Assembly: GCF_006345805.1 (NCBI RefSeq)
Contig: NC_043008.1
Coordinates: 25,730,001-25,794,000 of the forward strand
Source of the DNA: Octopus sinensis
Taxonomy: Eukaryota
Direction of reading: 5' to 3'
DNA: 64,000 nucleotides
Of this stretch, positions 60,056 through 64,000 are shown piece by piece. The notes below the pieces were generated by a model. The model worked only from the letters and a program-made list of their open reading frames with translations, was not told the DNA's origin and did not search any database. Each line of letters begins with the position of its first letter. Position 1 is the first letter of the stretch. The position numbers and the translations under genes are program-made.

Positions 60056-62078
60056 AAAAATACTTGGAATGATTGCTGAAGAGATAATACATTCTCTAAA
60101 AGAAAAAAAATCACCACTAGTTGAAGCCTTAAATAAGTATAGAGTTTAACAAAAATTACAAAAATAAAAAAATCTACTTTATTTGAATAACAGTTGATAC
60201 TGTAATCAAATACTTCTGCTTTAATTATATTGCTGTTTAGTAAAAAATAATAGTTTTTGATTTTTTTTAATTAACTTAAACTACTCCATTGCCATAATAA
60301 GCACAAAATAATTTTATATCTTTTGCATCTTTCTAATATCCCATCCAAAATGATTGCAACCATCTCTCTTTTATGAAAATGCCAATGCTGCTAATATTGA
60401 TAATCTTTTCAAAATTGGCCTACAGAGAAATTATTATTGCAGGAATTATAGAAGTCGATATTCATAATCTTAGGATATATTCTCATCCTATTTATCAAAT
60501 GAGAGTAATAATCTCAATTTTACTCATATCTAAGTTCTTAATAACTATCGTTATAGATGTAATGCGATATTGAACAAGTTATTTCTATCAGTTCATATTT
60601 GAAACTGGGATTCCTATATACTACATAAAATTAGGCAGATATTGATAAAAAGGAAAAAACAATACTCATATATTTAGTCATTCACTCATAGTGTTGAACT
60701 GTTATTGCGAATTTTGGTATTCCTTACACCTCATAAGTAGGTAAATTAAATGGAACATCTCCAACCAATAATTTTACAATGCAATATCTACAAGTAAAAT
60801 TCCATCTGGTTTCTGAACATTTATATAGAATGGCAGACAAATGACACTCCTAAAGTATGTTTGGAACAAAGTAATAAAAGCAGATTGGTGTGAATCTGAT
60901 TTGGGAGCAGTTATCTTGGGTGTAGTGAAACTAAATAGGAATAGTTCAAATCTGTTATGAGTGTTTTATATTAAAATTTGAGAGATGCTCATTGTACTGC
61001 TCTAAAATCATTGACAAATCAAACCAGTTATCTTGTTTTGGTTTCCAGTTTGGAGTCTTTCTCTTGACTTACAAAACTAATGGTTATTGGTTTCAAATTT
61101 TGGTCCAATGCTAGCAATTTCAGGGAGGTGGTAAGATGATAACATTGACTCCAGTATTCAACTGGCACTTATTTTATCGATCCTGAATGGATAAAAGGCA
61201 AAGTCATGTTCAGCAGAATTTGAATTCAGGATGATGATGATGATGATAATGACAATGATGATGATGATGAATGGAAATAGGTGAAATGCTGTTAAACATT
61301 TTGCCCAGCATGCTCACAATCCTGTCAGCTCACTGCCTTGAATCTAATGAATATCAAAATATTATAACCATTACTTCTTACAATGTCTCTCAAAGAATTT
61401 TAGACTTAATTGAAAGATTGCTTTTCAACCACACTTTCAGGCTTGGTCTCCTATAACCAGGGATCAGCCAATGGCATGTGAGTGAATTTAGTAGATGGAA
61501 ACTGTGCAGAAGACCATGCATGTGTGTTTATCTTTCTCAGTGCTTAATAACAGTTTATATCTCTGCAACTTAGAAGTTTTACAAGAAAAGACAACAGCAG
61601 AATAAGTATAATCATCTTTAATTTCCCCCTTCCATGATGGCATGGGTTGAATGGTTTGACAGGAGCTGGCCAGGCAGGAGCCTGCACCATCCTTCTGTGT
61701 CTGTTTTGGTATCAAAATTAAGAATAAGTATTTGTGTCAGTTTAATGGAGTATATCTTTCAAGGCATGGTCATAGGCCAGTGACTGAAATCAGTTAAAAG
61801 AAAAAAAACTTAAATTTGACTGAGTAGTCATAGAAAAAAGAGTTTGTTACAAATATAAAAGCCAGGCATATAGTTACAGCTCTTTATTTTTATAAATTCA
61901 AATTTTGTTGTAGTGAACATTGTATTTCATCTTCTTGGCTTGATACAATAAAGTACCAGTCAAGTAAAGCAAGTTAATTGGCTAAACCTATCCCCCTTTC
62001 ACACATTTAAAGTGCCCAGTGGTCACTTCATGGATTAACAGTAGCACACATGTAACTTTATCACATGTAGCATGTCTA

Positions 62079-62665
62079 AGGGTCAGCTGAAAGTTCCTTG
62101 GCTGACCAACATATTCTCATGGAATGTGACCAAATGGGGTTTATTTTTCAAAATAGTTTCCCCTTGTGGTCCATACACTTCTTTCATTGGTATTGCAGTG
62201 TTTGGACCTGAATAATGAAAAAGCTATCATCCTGTTGGTCAAAAAAGTCATCAGCAACAGATATGTTGTCATTATCACTGCAATATTGGTTCCCATCTAA
62301 GTGTTTTATCATGTTGGGCAACAGATGATAGTCAGATGGGGCCAAATCAGGGGTGTAGGGAGGGTGATCAACCAGTTCAAATCCACAGCTACTCACATTG
62401 AAACCAAGGACTTGTGAACTGGAGCATTGTTATGATGAAATAAAAACCCCTTTTATCAGTTTCTCTGGATGTTTGGTCTTGATAGCTTTTTGTAACTATC
62501 TCAGCAAGTTTACATAGTACTCTCCATCGATGGTGTGGCCCTTTTGAAAATAGCTCTTTGTATTCCAAATTAACTGAGGCCACTACCTTCTCTGCAGATG
62601 AAACGACCTTGGCCTTTTTTGGCATAGGTGAGGAAGAGTGTTTCCACTGCAAGGATTATCACTTT
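62079..62665 (-). mobile_element. Mariner relic (different family), 3' half
   Basis: TIR-like agggtcagctgaaagttccttggctgacc; QWKHSSSPMPKKAK..SAEKV; HPPYTPDLAPSDYHLL; truncated at the RTE tail. Confidence 0.85.
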
Positions 62666-62673
62666 GTCTTTAA

Positions 62674-64000
62674 ATCATCATCATCATCATCGTAGTTTAA
62701 CGTCCACTTTACATGCTAGCATGGATTGGATGATTTGACTGAGGACTGGTGAACCAGTTGGCTGCACCAGGCTCCAATCTGATCTGGCAGACTTTCTACA
62801 AGTGGATGCCCTTCCTAACGCCAACCACTCTGTGAGTGTAGTGGGTGCTTTTACATGCCACCAGCATGAGTGCCAGTCAGGCGGTACTGGCAACGGCCAT
62901 GCTCAAATGGTGTTTTTTACATGCCACCTGCACTAGCAATGACCTCGCTTGAATGTGTTTTTCATGTGCCAGTAAGGCAACGCTGGTAACGATCACACAT
63001 GAATGGTGCTTTTTATGTGCCACCGGCATGGAAGCCAATTAGCTGCTCTGGCAATGATCACGCTCGGATGGTGCACTTAGGGATCCACTAGCACGGATGA
63101 CAGTAATCGAATTTGATTTCGATTTCACTTGCCTCAAAAGGTCTTTACAAGCATAGTTTAGTATCCAAAGAAGGAAAGGTACGCATAATTGAGCTGGTTA
63201 CACCCCTGGCATAGACCATGAGGTAATGGTCTCATTTGGCTTGCTGGGTCTTCTCAAAGGCAGCATATTTCCAAAAGTCTCAGTCACTAGTCATTGCCTC
63301 AGTGAGGCCTAATGTTCGAATGTCGTGCTTCATGACCTCATCCCAGGTCTTCCAGAGGCTTCCTCATCCGTTAGGGTGTGGCACGTTTTCACACAGCTAT
63401 CCTCATTCATTCTTGCCACATGACCATACCAGCACAGTCGTCTCACTTGCACATCACATCTGACGCTTCTTAGGTCCAAATTCTCTCAAGATACTTACAC
63501 TCTGTCATGTATGCACACTGACATTACACGCCCATCGGAGAATACTGGCTTCATTCCTTGCAAGCTTACACATGTCCTCAGCAATCACGGCCCGTGTTCC
63601 ACTGCCATGTAGCATGGCTGTTCGTATACATGCGTCATACAGTCTACCTTTTACTCTGAGCGAGAAGCCCTTAGTCCCCAGCAGAGGTAAGAGCTCTCTG
63701 AACTTTGCCCAGGCTATTCATATTCTAGTAGCTACACTTTCAATGCACCCTCCTCCACTACTAACTTGGTCACCTAGGTGATGGAAGCTATCAACTACTT
63801 CTAGCTGTTCTCCCTGGGATGTGGCAAAAGTTGTTCTCTGCACATTTTCAGTCTTTATTGCTCCTGAGCATCTGCCACGTACAAAAACTATCTTCCCAGT
63901 TAGCCTTCCTTTGATATTGCTGCACCTCATATGTGTCCATAGCTTACACTGGGTACATCTTATGGAGTTTCTACACATGCCTTTTCTACAGATTGAGCAG
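62674..64000 (-). mobile_element. RTE LINE 3' part, continuing beyond the window
   Basis: CTQCKLWTHMRCSNIKGRLTGKIVF..DQVSSGGGCIESVATRI; 3' UTR repeats; (GAT)n tail at 62674. Confidence 0.92.

Overview
This is a repeat-saturated, AT-rich eukaryotic window with no host exon that I can support. The mix of tRNA-SINEs, RTE LINEs with (GAT)n tails and dense (TA)n/(CA)n microsatellites looks like a coleoid cephalopod (Octopus-like) genome; that is inference from repeat content only. Recognisable elements: three mariner families or copies (one full-length with TIRs and TA TSD, 3491-4779), and a full-length but dead CsRn1-clade Gypsy LTR retrotransposon (10840-16418, minus strand) with a tRNA-Trp PBS, CHCC Gag motif, GGGAAAC -1 frameshift site and an inverted RT fragment in its leader. 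Also present are a young solo LTR (26549-26961), two R4/Dong-type RLE retrotransposons stacked in one (TAA)n tract, Helitron relics plus two ~400-bp non-autonomous Helitrons, one near-complete and three truncated RTE LINEs, CR1/L2-like relics, a Tx1/L1-type ORF1 abutting a truncated mariner, several Penelope-like (PLE) relics, and a 100-N gap. The most interesting signal is a set of short microsatellite-embedded elements carrying minimal hammerhead-ribozyme motifs with self-complementary stem III, the PLE-associated dimeric type. One motif has an intact core (38926-38973, minus). One has a compensatory G3:C8 core swap (45659-45709). Several sit inside 150-900 bp fold-back palindromes. All calls were made by eye, and boundaries of the relics are approximate.
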